Source: Woeseiaceae bacterium (lineage in GTDB: Bacteria; Pseudomonadota; Gammaproteobacteria; Steroidobacterales; Woeseiaceae). From it: DNA of 64,000 nt. The notes under the pieces are model-generated. The model had not been told where the DNA came from. It made no database searches and saw only the letters and a list, made by a program, of their open reading frames with translations. Position 1 is the stretch's first letter; every line of letters starts with the position of its first letter. The position numbers and the translations under genes were made by a program. Location: positions 375,266 through 439,265 of the forward strand of contig JAJFKS010000006.1 in the NCBI GenBank assembly GCA_021773115.1. The letters are read 5' to 3'. Positions 39,286-47,648 of the stretch are shown here, piece after piece.

Positions 39286-40514
39286 CAGGCCACCCGCATC
39301 GCATCGACAGGCTTTTGCCAGTTCAAGCGCACTGCCGGGTAGAGTGCTGCGATCATCGTAAATACAAATACGATTGCAGGACCACTAAACAAGGTCGTCA
39401 AGCTCACTTTCGGGTACATTCTCGCGGGTAAATTGAACTGCGCCGCCATTTCGTCCATTCCGGGAAAAACGACACCGTTGGTGCTAAACCAGGCCGTAAG
39501 CACACCTCCTGCTAAAGCGCCGAGCAGCAAGCCCATCATCCCCATAATCGCAGTCTCAAGCAGCACCAGTCGCCCGAGTTTGCCTGGCTTCAAGCCCAGT
39601 GCCATGACAATTCCGAACTCCCGGGTTCGTTCCAGGACAGACATCAACTGCGTGTTCAACACACTGAATGACACCAATATGACCAGTACGAAATACATGA
39701 AAAAAGAGCTGGCCATGTCCGCCTGAATCGCCTGCTTGAGCCCAGGTTGCAACTGATTCCAGTCGAGCACCACTAAGCCCGCACTTGCAGGCAACAAGGC
39801 AGCCACTCGTGGCAATAACTCAGGAACCCTATCCCGATCGTCAGCGGCGATCACGACCTGGTGGCCGGCACCGTCCATGAAAAAGGTCTCTTGAAACAGG
39901 CCGATGGGAATTTGAGCGACATTGCGGTCAATGTCTTTAACGCCGCTGTCGAATATGCCGACTATCTCAACGACAGTGGCCGCAAACGAGCCATCCAGTC
40001 CACTACCCAGCAAGGTCAACTCATCGCCCAGACGCACTCGGAGATTTTTAGCCAGCACTTCGCCAATCACAATCTCGGCTGCGTTGTCTGATGTCAGATA
40101 ACGCCCTTCCTTAACCAGCCCGGGAATACTCGACACCTGCGGCTCGAACGCCGATTCGACGCCCAGAATAGCGATACCGAAGCTCCGATCTTTGCTTGAT
40201 GCCAACGCAAATGTCGAACCACGCGCGGCGACACGTGCAGGCGTCAAACGCTCGCGAATTTTTCTGGCCAACGGCAGAATATCCGGCACGGTTTGACGCA
40301 TTTTTTTCTCGTCGTTGAAGCCGGGCGCCTGAACCTGCATATGGCCGGTGAATAACTTCAGGGAATTGTCGATCATGAGTCCATACATGCCAAACTGCAG
40401 TGACATCATGAAAACCAGCAACATGTTCGCGAACACCATTGCGCCGGTCGTGAGCCAGGTCCGGCGAGGCTGTCGCCACAAGTTCCGCCAAGCCAGTCTC
40501 AGAATAATATTCAC
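39285..40514 (-). CDS. FtsX-like ABC permease, LolC/LolE-like architecture (copy 1)
   Basis: 409 aa with the same topology. The N-terminus RLAWRNLWRQPRRTWLT is shared with copy 2 (RLAWRNLWRNHRRTFIM). Confidence 0.8.
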   Translation of the reverse strand: MNIILRLAWRNLWRQPRRTWLTTGAMVFANMLLVFMMSLQFGMYGLMIDNSLKLFTGHMQVQAPGFNDEKKMRQTVPDILPLARKIRERLTPARVAARGSTFALASSKDRSFGIAILGVESAFEPQVSSIPGLVKEGRYLTSDNAAEIVIGEVLAKNLRVRLGDELTLLGSGLDGSFAATVVEIVGIFDSGVKDIDRNVAQIPIGLFQETFFMDGAGHQVVIAADDRDRVPELLPRVAALLPASAGLVVLDWNQLQPGLKQAIQADMASSFFMYFVLVILVSFSVLNTQLMSVLERTREFGIVMALGLKPGKLGRLVLLETAIMGMMGLLLGALAGGVLTAWFSTNGVVFPGMDEMAAQFNLPARMYPKVSLTTLFSGPAIVFVFTMIAALYPAVRLNWQKPVDAMRVA

Positions 40515-40519
40515 GGACG

Positions 40520-41272
40520 TCAGTTACGAGGGTTTCTTAAACTCGAACGCGTGAACAGGGTATCTGGCAGGTCGACGTCGTAGTCAGCCATTATCACCCG
40601 CAATTCCGTCCATTCATCCGGACTGTCAGCTCTAAGCATTCTCTGCTTTGTTGCTATCATTCGTCCACCCATCTCGGTGATGTTCAACGTTGTCAGGCGT
40701 TTGACGAGTTCGTTGTCCTGATCGTAGAAGGAATGCTCCAGAACGATGTGATCGTCGCGAATCCGCAAGACCTCCCGCCCCCAAACTACGGCAGCATCTT
40801 CGTGAGGTATCGACTCAATCTCGTAAATAGTATGCCCGTCAACTTCGGCCGTGCTGAGAATGCGATGTATATACTCGTCGACGATGTCGTCGGCTCGCGC
40901 GACATCCTTGTTGGAGAAATCGGACCCCATCCAGCTCTGACCCATCATCGACGACGGAATCTTGATGACCCGATTTATCTTGGGCGAATAGGACCACATG
41001 CTATTCGTATCGGTCAGCGTTGCGTTGCCGCGATCTTTTTTGGGTTCCAGGACTCGGACCAGCGAGTGATCCTGTCCTTTTGTCCAGGCACTCATCGTCA
41101 TTGACCGCTCCCAGTCAGGGCGGTGAATGACCATCGTCAATTCCGAATAGGAGGATACGCCGCGCCAGTGATCTATTGCGTCGCGCACAATTTTTTGTGC
41201 GTCGATATCCGACGACGCTGCCGACAAGGGCACAGTCAAAAGCAGCATGACCAGTGTATGCAACTTTTTCAT
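40520..41272 (-). CDS. periplasmic LolA-like 'outer membrane lipoprotein-sorting protein' family member
   Basis: Sec signal peptide MKKLHTLVMLLLTVPLSAAS with no lipobox Cys. 250 aa. Its sequence style (RGVSSY..., SMWSYSPKINRVIKIP, GSDFSNKD) matches my memory of the LolA_like family. The gene abuts the upstream gene's stop codon. Confidence 0.65.
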   Translation of the reverse strand: MKKLHTLVMLLLTVPLSAASSDIDAQKIVRDAIDHWRGVSSYSELTMVIHRPDWERSMTMSAWTKGQDHSLVRVLEPKKDRGNATLTDTNSMWSYSPKINRVIKIPSSMMGQSWMGSDFSNKDVARADDIVDEYIHRILSTAEVDGHTIYEIESIPHEDAAVVWGREVLRIRDDHIVLEHSFYDQDNELVKRLTTLNITEMGGRMIATKQRMLRADSPDEWTELRVIMADYDVDLPDTLFTRSSLRNPRN

Positions 41273-42340
41273 CTACGCCTCGTCGACAGGTTGGCTACTT
41301 ATCTCGTGCAAGGCGTCGCGCTCGGAGCCAATGAGGATCGCCAGCCAGCGTGTTCGTTCGTCGCTTTCGAGCGCGAGTTTCAGTGTCATGCTCAGCGGCA
41401 CAGACAGTAGCATTCCGACCGGGCCGAAAACCCATCCCCAGAAGACCAGCCCTACAAACACGACCAGTGGCGAGATGCCGACGCCGTAACCCATGAGCCT
41501 GGGTTCAATGAAGTTGCCGAACGCGACATTGATCGCGGCAAAACCGATTGCCGTGGCACCGGCCTCACCCGGCCCCAGTTGCACCAGTGCCAACAACACC
41601 GCGGGCACGGCCGCAATAATCGAGCCTATTGTCGGAATGTAGTTCAACAAGAAGGCGAGCATTGCCCAGAGCAGAGGAAAGTCGAGGCCCAATGACCACG
41701 TCAGTAAGCCCGCACATGTACCGGTCGCGATACTGACAATCGTCTTGATTCCCAGGTAACGCCCGAGGTTTTGCAGAAAGGCTCGCGGACGCTCAAGCGA
41801 ATCCTCGCTACGACCAAAAGCGGCCTCAATCTTGGTGCTGACACTCGAGGCCTCCAGCAACATGAAAATCATCGTGAAGATGATGAGAAAAACATTGGTC
41901 AGAACATCTTTCATGCTGTTCAGAATAGTTGCGGCAAGGCCCATTACCCAACCCGGGTTAATCATTTTGCGAAGACTCTCCGGGGAGGCATCGATATTCA
42001 GCGTCTCGACGAAGAAATTTAAGACGCCGCCAACAATGACGCCCAGTCGTTGCTGGTAACCCGGCACCGCCGCAGTGAAGTCCGCGATCGAACTTCCAAG
42101 GACCAGGCCGACCGCTGCAAGAAATAGCATGATTCCGCTAACGATGAGGATCGCTGCGAGAAAACTCGGGATGCGCTTGCGTTGCAGCCACAGCATCGGC
42201 CGCACGGTGATCAGGGCAAGAAACGCGGCGATGAGGAATGGCACCAACAGCACTTTCGCCATTTGCATGCCATAAATAATGACGATAACCGCTGCCGATG
42301 TCAGCGCCGCAGTTCCCTTGTTTTCAGTGAGACTGTTCAT
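41273..42340 (-). CDS. AI-2E family transporter (PerM/UPF0118)
   Basis: 355 aa with about 8 TM. Characteristic late blocks are NYIPTIGSIIAAVPAVLLAL, FIEPRLMG and VFVGLVFWGWVFGPVGMLLSVPL. Confidence 0.8.
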   Translation of the reverse strand: MNSLTENKGTAALTSAAVIVIIYGMQMAKVLLVPFLIAAFLALITVRPMLWLQRKRIPSFLAAILIVSGIMLFLAAVGLVLGSSIADFTAAVPGYQQRLGVIVGGVLNFFVETLNIDASPESLRKMINPGWVMGLAATILNSMKDVLTNVFLIIFTMIFMLLEASSVSTKIEAAFGRSEDSLERPRAFLQNLGRYLGIKTIVSIATGTCAGLLTWSLGLDFPLLWAMLAFLLNYIPTIGSIIAAVPAVLLALVQLGPGEAGATAIGFAAINVAFGNFIEPRLMGYGVGISPLVVFVGLVFWGWVFGPVGMLLSVPLSMTLKLALESDERTRWLAILIGSERDALHEISSQPVDEA

Positions 42341-42412
42341 CAGTCAGATGATCGCACACAAGCCAGCTTGCCGCATGCAGCACGACCCTTGCTATCCATG
42401 CATGAACTCAGG

Positions 42413-42805
42413 CTACTTCGGCGTTCGTGGTGTGTAGCTGTCTCGCTCTTCGGGCTGAATTTGCTGGATCTTGATTGTCCAGCGCGCCAGCGTCGAGCTG
42501 ATCCTGAGCTGGTAGCGACCGGCTCCGTCGAAAAGTTTCACTCCGTTGCCGCGCCGTTTGGTGTGCAGTACGCGTCCGACATGACGCCCGGAAGGCGCCT
42601 CGACCAGCGTGATATCCAGCGCCACCAGTTTTTCGAAATCGCCATCCAGCCGCCAATCGAGCAGCCAGGGTGATTCGACGGTGAAGACCGCGGTCGTCGA
42701 ATTGCCGGTACCGCGAAACTCCCTGACCGTATCAGCGGCCTGCGCGCCCGGTGCGGCCAACAATAGGACGAGTGTTGCCAACAGTTTTTGCATTCTTATA
42801 TCCAT
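42413..42805 (-). CDS. small hypothetical secreted protein
   Basis: 130 aa (or 126 aa from Met5 at 42793). Signal peptide QKLLATLVLLLAAPGAQA. It lies 32 nt downstream of the dihaem cytochrome gene. No family recognised. Confidence 0.6.
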   Translation of the reverse strand: MDIRMQKLLATLVLLLAAPGAQAADTVREFRGTGNSTTAVFTVESPWLLDWRLDGDFEKLVALDITLVEAPSGRHVGRVLHTKRRGNGVKLFDGAGRYQLRISSTLARWTIKIQQIQPEERDSYTPRTPK

Positions 42806-42837
42806 TTAATAAGCGATGTTTCCCGCACCTGTTCTTG

Positions 42838-43941
42838 CTAGCAGTCGCCCGGAAGGCCACTGATCCATTGCTTCATTAACAACACGGCTTCGTCGTGCAC
42901 CGTACTGCGTCCCAGTTCCGGCATCGCGATCGCCGGGTCCGTGTGCTGCATTCTAAACACCAGAATCGACTCATCCGGGCGACCGGGATAAATATCATAC
43001 AGGCGATCGCCGCTACCTTGTCCAACCGCCGTCGGCGATTTGCAGATACCGAAATTACGATCCATTGGTGCATCGTAATTCAGGTGTAAGCCCGAGGTAT
43101 CTGCAGCACCAGCCGGGTTATGGCAATGCGCACAGTTGATGTCCAAGTAGGCCCTGGCGCGTGCATCAAGCGACCCGATATCCGTATCTGCCCACGAAGC
43201 TGCGCGTGGCAACTCGCCGTCCACTTTTGTTAGGACCCCCGCGCGTTGCCATTGTTCGATCTGATTATTCCGGTTCAGGTGGCGGGCTTTCAGGCCGATC
43301 GGACGAATTTCGGCATTGCTGTGGTCGGACGCATGACAATTGGCGCATTGATTCGAATCAGGCACGACGTAATCAAATTGCCGCTCATCGGCGGCCGACA
43401 CCAGCGTCAGGCGTTTCACATCGCCGGCGATTTCCAAAAAGGCTTCATTCTGAGCGGCGTTCCAGACATACGGGTATGCGCGCCAACCACTTCTGTAACG
43501 GACCAGCAAGCGAGTTTCGACGAGCAGGTAATCGTCCAGGTCGAGCTTCCCTTTCTCGTCTCGTCGTGCGCCACGATCTGCACGGATCACCGCTTGACTG
43601 GCCGCTGACCAGTGCCGCGCTTTCTCGTAGTGAAACGTCTTGCTAATAATCGTACCGAGCGGAAAATCAAACTCGTCCTGCGCATCGTAATTCGCGTGTT
43701 CACCCGCTGGCATCCAGACGGTGCGAAGTTTCAGCGCATAGTCCGAAAACAAGGGCGTATTCAATTCATAGGGCCACGCCTCACTACTGAATTCGACAGT
43801 GTGACCATCGGACAGGACAACTCCCCAGTCGCTGAGACGGTCGGGAACCTGGTCTTCGGCATGCAGAGTGACCGGCCTGGATTGTTTGCCACACGCTGCG
43901 AGGATGCCCGCAACTAGCAATACGAGAACCAGCCTGGGCAT
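42838..43941 (-). CDS. dihaem c-type cytochrome lipoprotein (SO_2930 / HNE_0200-like family as I recall it)
   Basis: Start at Met19 (ATG 43939-43941) gives MPRLVLVLLVAGILAAC (lipobox). Two CxxCH motifs are present (CANCHASDH, CAHCHNPAG). ATGA overlap with the upstream beta-helix gene. Confidence 0.75.
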   Translation of the reverse strand: MPRLVLVLLVAGILAACGKQSRPVTLHAEDQVPDRLSDWGVVLSDGHTVEFSSEAWPYELNTPLFSDYALKLRTVWMPAGEHANYDAQDEFDFPLGTIISKTFHYEKARHWSAASQAVIRADRGARRDEKGKLDLDDYLLVETRLLVRYRSGWRAYPYVWNAAQNEAFLEIAGDVKRLTLVSAADERQFDYVVPDSNQCANCHASDHSNAEIRPIGLKARHLNRNNQIEQWQRAGVLTKVDGELPRAASWADTDIGSLDARARAYLDINCAHCHNPAGAADTSGLHLNYDAPMDRNFGICKSPTAVGQGSGDRLYDIYPGRPDESILVFRMQHTDPAIAMPELGRSTVHDEAVLLMKQWISGLPGDC

Positions 43942-45185
43942 CAACCGTCCAGCGGCGGCGCAAGAACAACAGCAGGCAGCTTGCTGTGCTGGCATGCATG
44001 CTGCTGATCACCGACGACAACGTCCTTGCTATCGTTCCCAAGATCGACGTTTAAAACTTTTGCGGCGCCATTGTCGACGCAGATGGCAGCACTCGCAATG
44101 AGTTTTCCGTCGGCATCAAGCTTTTCAGGATTCGCGTAGCCATCCCAGAGAATGTCCGGAAAATGTCCGCTGAGTCCAAACAGATACGCCTTGAGCGCCT
44201 TCAGGTCGAGGCCATCCGGCGACGCGCCACCACCTGAAAATCGGTTGCCGTAAACATAGATCGTTTCGGGGTACGGGTCGTAATTGGGCGCCGGTTCTTT
44301 CTGGCCGAAGTAGCCGGTGGCAAAGTAACTCGTGATGATGATATTGGCGGTGTTGTTGTTGGCGATGTCGTTGTCGAATATTTCAACCTTGTCGTTTGAA
44401 TTAACGACAACCCCGGAGCCCGCCGGAACACTTGCGACCGCAGTACCCTCAGCAGCAAAATTCCGGGTGTTGTTGTCCGAGATCGTATTCTGATAAACGC
44501 GAGTGCTGTGCCCGAGTTGCGGCAAGGCCGGCATGTTAAATACCAGGATGCCACCGGTGTTGTTGACGACCGTATTGCCGTACACATCGGCGTAGAAAGA
44601 ATTCTCAATTTCGATACCGGCGACATTGAACTCGGCACGATTGTTGCGAACGACGATATTCTTCGATTGACCGATATAGATTCCGGCATCGGACGATGCA
44701 ATCGCCACACACTCTTCAACCAGGACGTTCTCGGTCTGCACCGGGTAGATACCGTAGGCGCCGTTGCTTTCATCCGGGCCTTTCGTCCATTCGGTTCGCA
44801 CACGACGAATCACGATATTGCGGCCTTCGTTGACTTTCAGGCCGTCGCCTGGCGTATCCTCAATGGCGAGATCCTCGATCGTGAAATCGCTCGCATTGAC
44901 GAGCAATCCCTCGGCACCCTGCACCTGGTTCTTGAATGACAGGATGGTCTTGTCCATTCCGGCACCACGCACGGTTACACCCGAGACGTTGAGCGACAGT
45001 CCGCGATTGAGGTGGTACGTGCCCGCCGGTATGTCGATGACATCGCCTGCTTTGGCGTTAATGAACCTTGTTTGCAGTTCTTTGTGGAAGGCACTTGGCC
45101 CGGCATCACGCTCGGGGGGTGCATCCCTGGAACACGCTGCCAGCAGTAACAGGGCAACAGCAATCGTCGCGCAGGGTTTTGCCAT
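43941..45185 (-). CDS. parallel beta-helix repeat lipoprotein (NosD/CASH-like fold)
   Basis: Start at Met24 (ATG 45183-45185) gives MAKPCATIAVALLLLAAC (lipobox). Repeated units of about 22 aa (NIVIRRVR, NVLVEECV, NIVVRNNR, ADVYGNTV, TRVYQNTI, VEIFDNDI) are typical of right-handed beta-helices. Confidence 0.75.
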   Translation of the reverse strand: MAKPCATIAVALLLLAACSRDAPPERDAGPSAFHKELQTRFINAKAGDVIDIPAGTYHLNRGLSLNVSGVTVRGAGMDKTILSFKNQVQGAEGLLVNASDFTIEDLAIEDTPGDGLKVNEGRNIVIRRVRTEWTKGPDESNGAYGIYPVQTENVLVEECVAIASSDAGIYIGQSKNIVVRNNRAEFNVAGIEIENSFYADVYGNTVVNNTGGILVFNMPALPQLGHSTRVYQNTISDNNTRNFAAEGTAVASVPAGSGVVVNSNDKVEIFDNDIANNNTANIIITSYFATGYFGQKEPAPNYDPYPETIYVYGNRFSGGGASPDGLDLKALKAYLFGLSGHFPDILWDGYANPEKLDADGKLIASAAICVDNGAAKVLNVDLGNDSKDVVVGDQQHACQHSKLPAVVLAPPLDG

Positions 45186-45254
45186 GAAGCATCTCTTCAG
45201 TGGAGGTCGCGAAAGTATAGTACGCGCTCGAATGCGCCGCATCTGCACACGCAC

Positions 45255-46184
45255 TTAAGACGAGCGCCGTCGTTTGCAGTCCCGCTCCCACTCCGGCTCG
45301 CCGGCAAAGCGCTCTACCAGGAAGTCGATGAAGGCTCGTACGCGAAACGACAGGTGTCGCGTTGGCGGGTAGACCGCGTAGGCCGGCGATTTGGGCCAGT
45401 CGTATTCGCCCAGTACCGGCACAAGGCTGCCACTGCGAATTGCCTGCGATGCGATGAACATCGGTTGCATGACAAGGCCTGTGCCAAGCGCTGCAGCATT
45501 GCACAGAAAGTCGCCGCTGCTCGCCCGCATTGCGCTCTTGAGTTTCACCGTTTTATTTTTGCCGTCGGCGCCCCGATACACCCACTTGTTCGGATCAGGG
45601 AGATTTGAGTAGACGAGGCAGCGGTGCTGCTCAAGGTCCTGCGGCGTCTCTGGCTCACCATGAACGCCAAGATAGTGCGGCGACGCAGAAATGACGGAAC
45701 GACTTTCGAATAGTTTGCGGGCAATCAACGATGAATCCTGTAGATTGCCAATTCGCAGCGCCAAGTCAAAGTTGTCATTAATCAGGTCCACCCGCCGATC
45801 ATTGAGATCCAGGTCAAACTCAAGCTTGGGGTGAAGTTTGTTGAAGGCGGCAATCGGCTTGCTCATGTGACGCACGCCGAATGACAGCGGCAGCGCTACT
45901 CGCAGCGTGCCGCGAAGCTCGCGGTGCTCCTGCTGCACACCGGCCTCAACCTCCGCAAGATCGGACAGCAGGCGCTTGCCATGCTCATAAAATCCGCGCC
46001 CCGAATCCGTCAGATTCAAAACGCGCGTCGTGCGGTGCAGCAATTGCACGCCGAGCCGTTCCTCGAGACCTGACACACGCCGGCTCACGGCCGATTTAGC
46101 CGAGTTCAGACGCCCGGCGGCAGCGGTGAAGCTGCCGGCATCGACGACGGCGACAAAGGTTTGTATGTCTTCGAATTTATCCAT
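45255..46184 (-). CDS. LysR family transcriptional regulator
   Basis: N-terminal wHTH FVAVVDAGSFTAAAGRLNSAKSAVSRRVSGLEERLGVQLLHRTTR. 309 aa. Divergent from azoR. Confidence 0.9.
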   Translation of the reverse strand: MDKFEDIQTFVAVVDAGSFTAAAGRLNSAKSAVSRRVSGLEERLGVQLLHRTTRVLNLTDSGRGFYEHGKRLLSDLAEVEAGVQQEHRELRGTLRVALPLSFGVRHMSKPIAAFNKLHPKLEFDLDLNDRRVDLINDNFDLALRIGNLQDSSLIARKLFESRSVISASPHYLGVHGEPETPQDLEQHRCLVYSNLPDPNKWVYRGADGKNKTVKLKSAMRASSGDFLCNAAALGTGLVMQPMFIASQAIRSGSLVPVLGEYDWPKSPAYAVYPPTRHLSFRVRAFIDFLVERFAGEPEWERDCKRRRSS

Positions 46185-46207
46185 ATTGTTGCGTTTGGTC
46201 GAACAAT
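46185..46207. promoter_or_regulatory. candidate LysR-type operator (T-N11-A box) in the lysR/azoR divergent region
   Basis: Perfect inverted repeat ATTGTT-N11-AACAAT at 46185-46207. It lies immediately upstream of the lysR ATG and about 90 nt upstream of the azoR ATG. Confidence 0.55.
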
Positions 46208-46293
46208 CTAATAATGAATGACCTATTTATCATGGATTGGAAAACAGTGAAACTACTGACTGCAGATTTCCACTGCGCATACGGAGCACGAAC

Positions 46294-46905
46294 ATGCAGC
46301 TAAAAGCAGTTAACATCCTTGAAATCAATGCCAGCGCCCGAAAAACGGGCTCGATCACGCGTGAACTGGCGGGTGACACTGTTGCCGCCCTCAGCGATCG
46401 CCACGGCCGGGTCAATATCAAGCGATGCGACCTTGCGGACGGTTTTCCGCTCGTGGGTGCCGACTGGATCGAGGCCAACTTCACGCCCGAAGAGGAGCGC
46501 AGCGCGGCGCACGACAACACGCTCGCCTTCTCGGACATGCTGGTCGATGAGCTTATCGAGGCCGACGTCATCGTGATCGGCGCACCGATCTACAATTTTT
46601 CAATCCCGGCAAGCCTTAAGGCCTGGATCGATATGATCGCCCGGGCACGAAAAACTTTTCGTTATACCAAGAACGGTCCGGTCGGATTGTTGTCTGATAA
46701 GACGGCCTACGTACTGGTCGCATCCGGCGGCGTAACGGTTGGCAGTGCGGCAGACTTTGCGACACCCTACCTTCGCCACGCGCTGTCGTTTGTCGGCATT
46801 ACCGACGTTGAGGTGATTGCAGCGCAGGGCGCGAATGACGAATCGATGGATAATGCGCGGGCGAAAATTGCCGACCTCATTCATCTAACGGCCGAGGTAG
46901 CATGA
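46294..46905 (+). CDS. azoR: FMN-dependent NADH-azoreductase / quinone reductase
   Basis: ATG at 46294 (MQLKAVNILEINASARKTGSITREL). Flavodoxin-like block VIGAPIYNFSIPASLKAWIDMIARA. About 203 aa. Confidence 0.8.
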   Translation: MQLKAVNILEINASARKTGSITRELAGDTVAALSDRHGRVNIKRCDLADGFPLVGADWIEANFTPEEERSAAHDNTLAFSDMLVDELIEADVIVIGAPIYNFSIPASLKAWIDMIARARKTFRYTKNGPVGLLSDKTAYVLVASGGVTVGSAADFATPYLRHALSFVGITDVEVIAAQGANDESMDNARAKIADLIHLTAEVA

Positions 46906-47639
46906 TGGCTATCCGGGCAAACGACATCAGGAGCATGAAATTGATTGAGCATATCCCTTCAGCAACGCGCGGCACTGCTGACCACGGCTGGTTAAAAGCG
47001 AAACACACGTTTTCGTTTGCTGGCTACAACAACCCCGAGCGTGTGCAATTTGGACCGCTGCGAGTCATTAACGAAGATCGAATCGCGCCGGGCCAGGGAT
47101 TTTCCCAGCATCCGCATCGCGATATGGAGATTTTGACCTACCCCATTTCCGGATCAATCGAGCACCAGGACACGATGGGCAACGGCACGGTGATTCGTGC
47201 CGGCGACGTTCAAAGAATGACGGCAGGTCGCGGCGTCCAGCACAGTGAATACAATCATTCGAAGACCGATGAACTGCATCTGCTGCAGATCTGGATATTC
47301 CCCGAACAAAAAGATCTCGACCCGGGCTACGAGCAGACCGCCTTCACACGCGACGAGAAACTCAACCAGCTGCGACTGATTGCATCACGTGATGGGCGCG
47401 ATGGCTCAGTGACGATTCACCAGCATGCTGATATTTATGCCAGTGTGTTGGAGGCGGGTCAGAATCTCGAACACTCTGTCGATGACTCGCGCAAGATTTT
47501 TGTTCAGGTTATCAGCGGCAAGCTTACCGTTAACGAACAGACGCTTGAAACAGGTGATGGCCTGCAAGTAGAAGGCGAAGATCAGCTACGGATCGGCGCG
47601 AAGATGGACGCGGAGTTTTTACTGTTCGACATGGGCTAG
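46902..47639 (+). CDS. pirin family protein
   Basis: Cupin metal motif FSQHPHRDMEILTYPISGSIEHQD. 245 aa. ATGA overlap with azoR. Confidence 0.85.
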   Translation: MMAIRANDIRSMKLIEHIPSATRGTADHGWLKAKHTFSFAGYNNPERVQFGPLRVINEDRIAPGQGFSQHPHRDMEILTYPISGSIEHQDTMGNGTVIRAGDVQRMTAGRGVQHSEYNHSKTDELHLLQIWIFPEQKDLDPGYEQTAFTRDEKLNQLRLIASRDGRDGSVTIHQHADIYASVLEAGQNLEHSVDDSRKIFVQVISGKLTVNEQTLETGDGLQVEGEDQLRIGAKMDAEFLLFDMG

Positions 47640-47648
47640 ACTGTTGGC

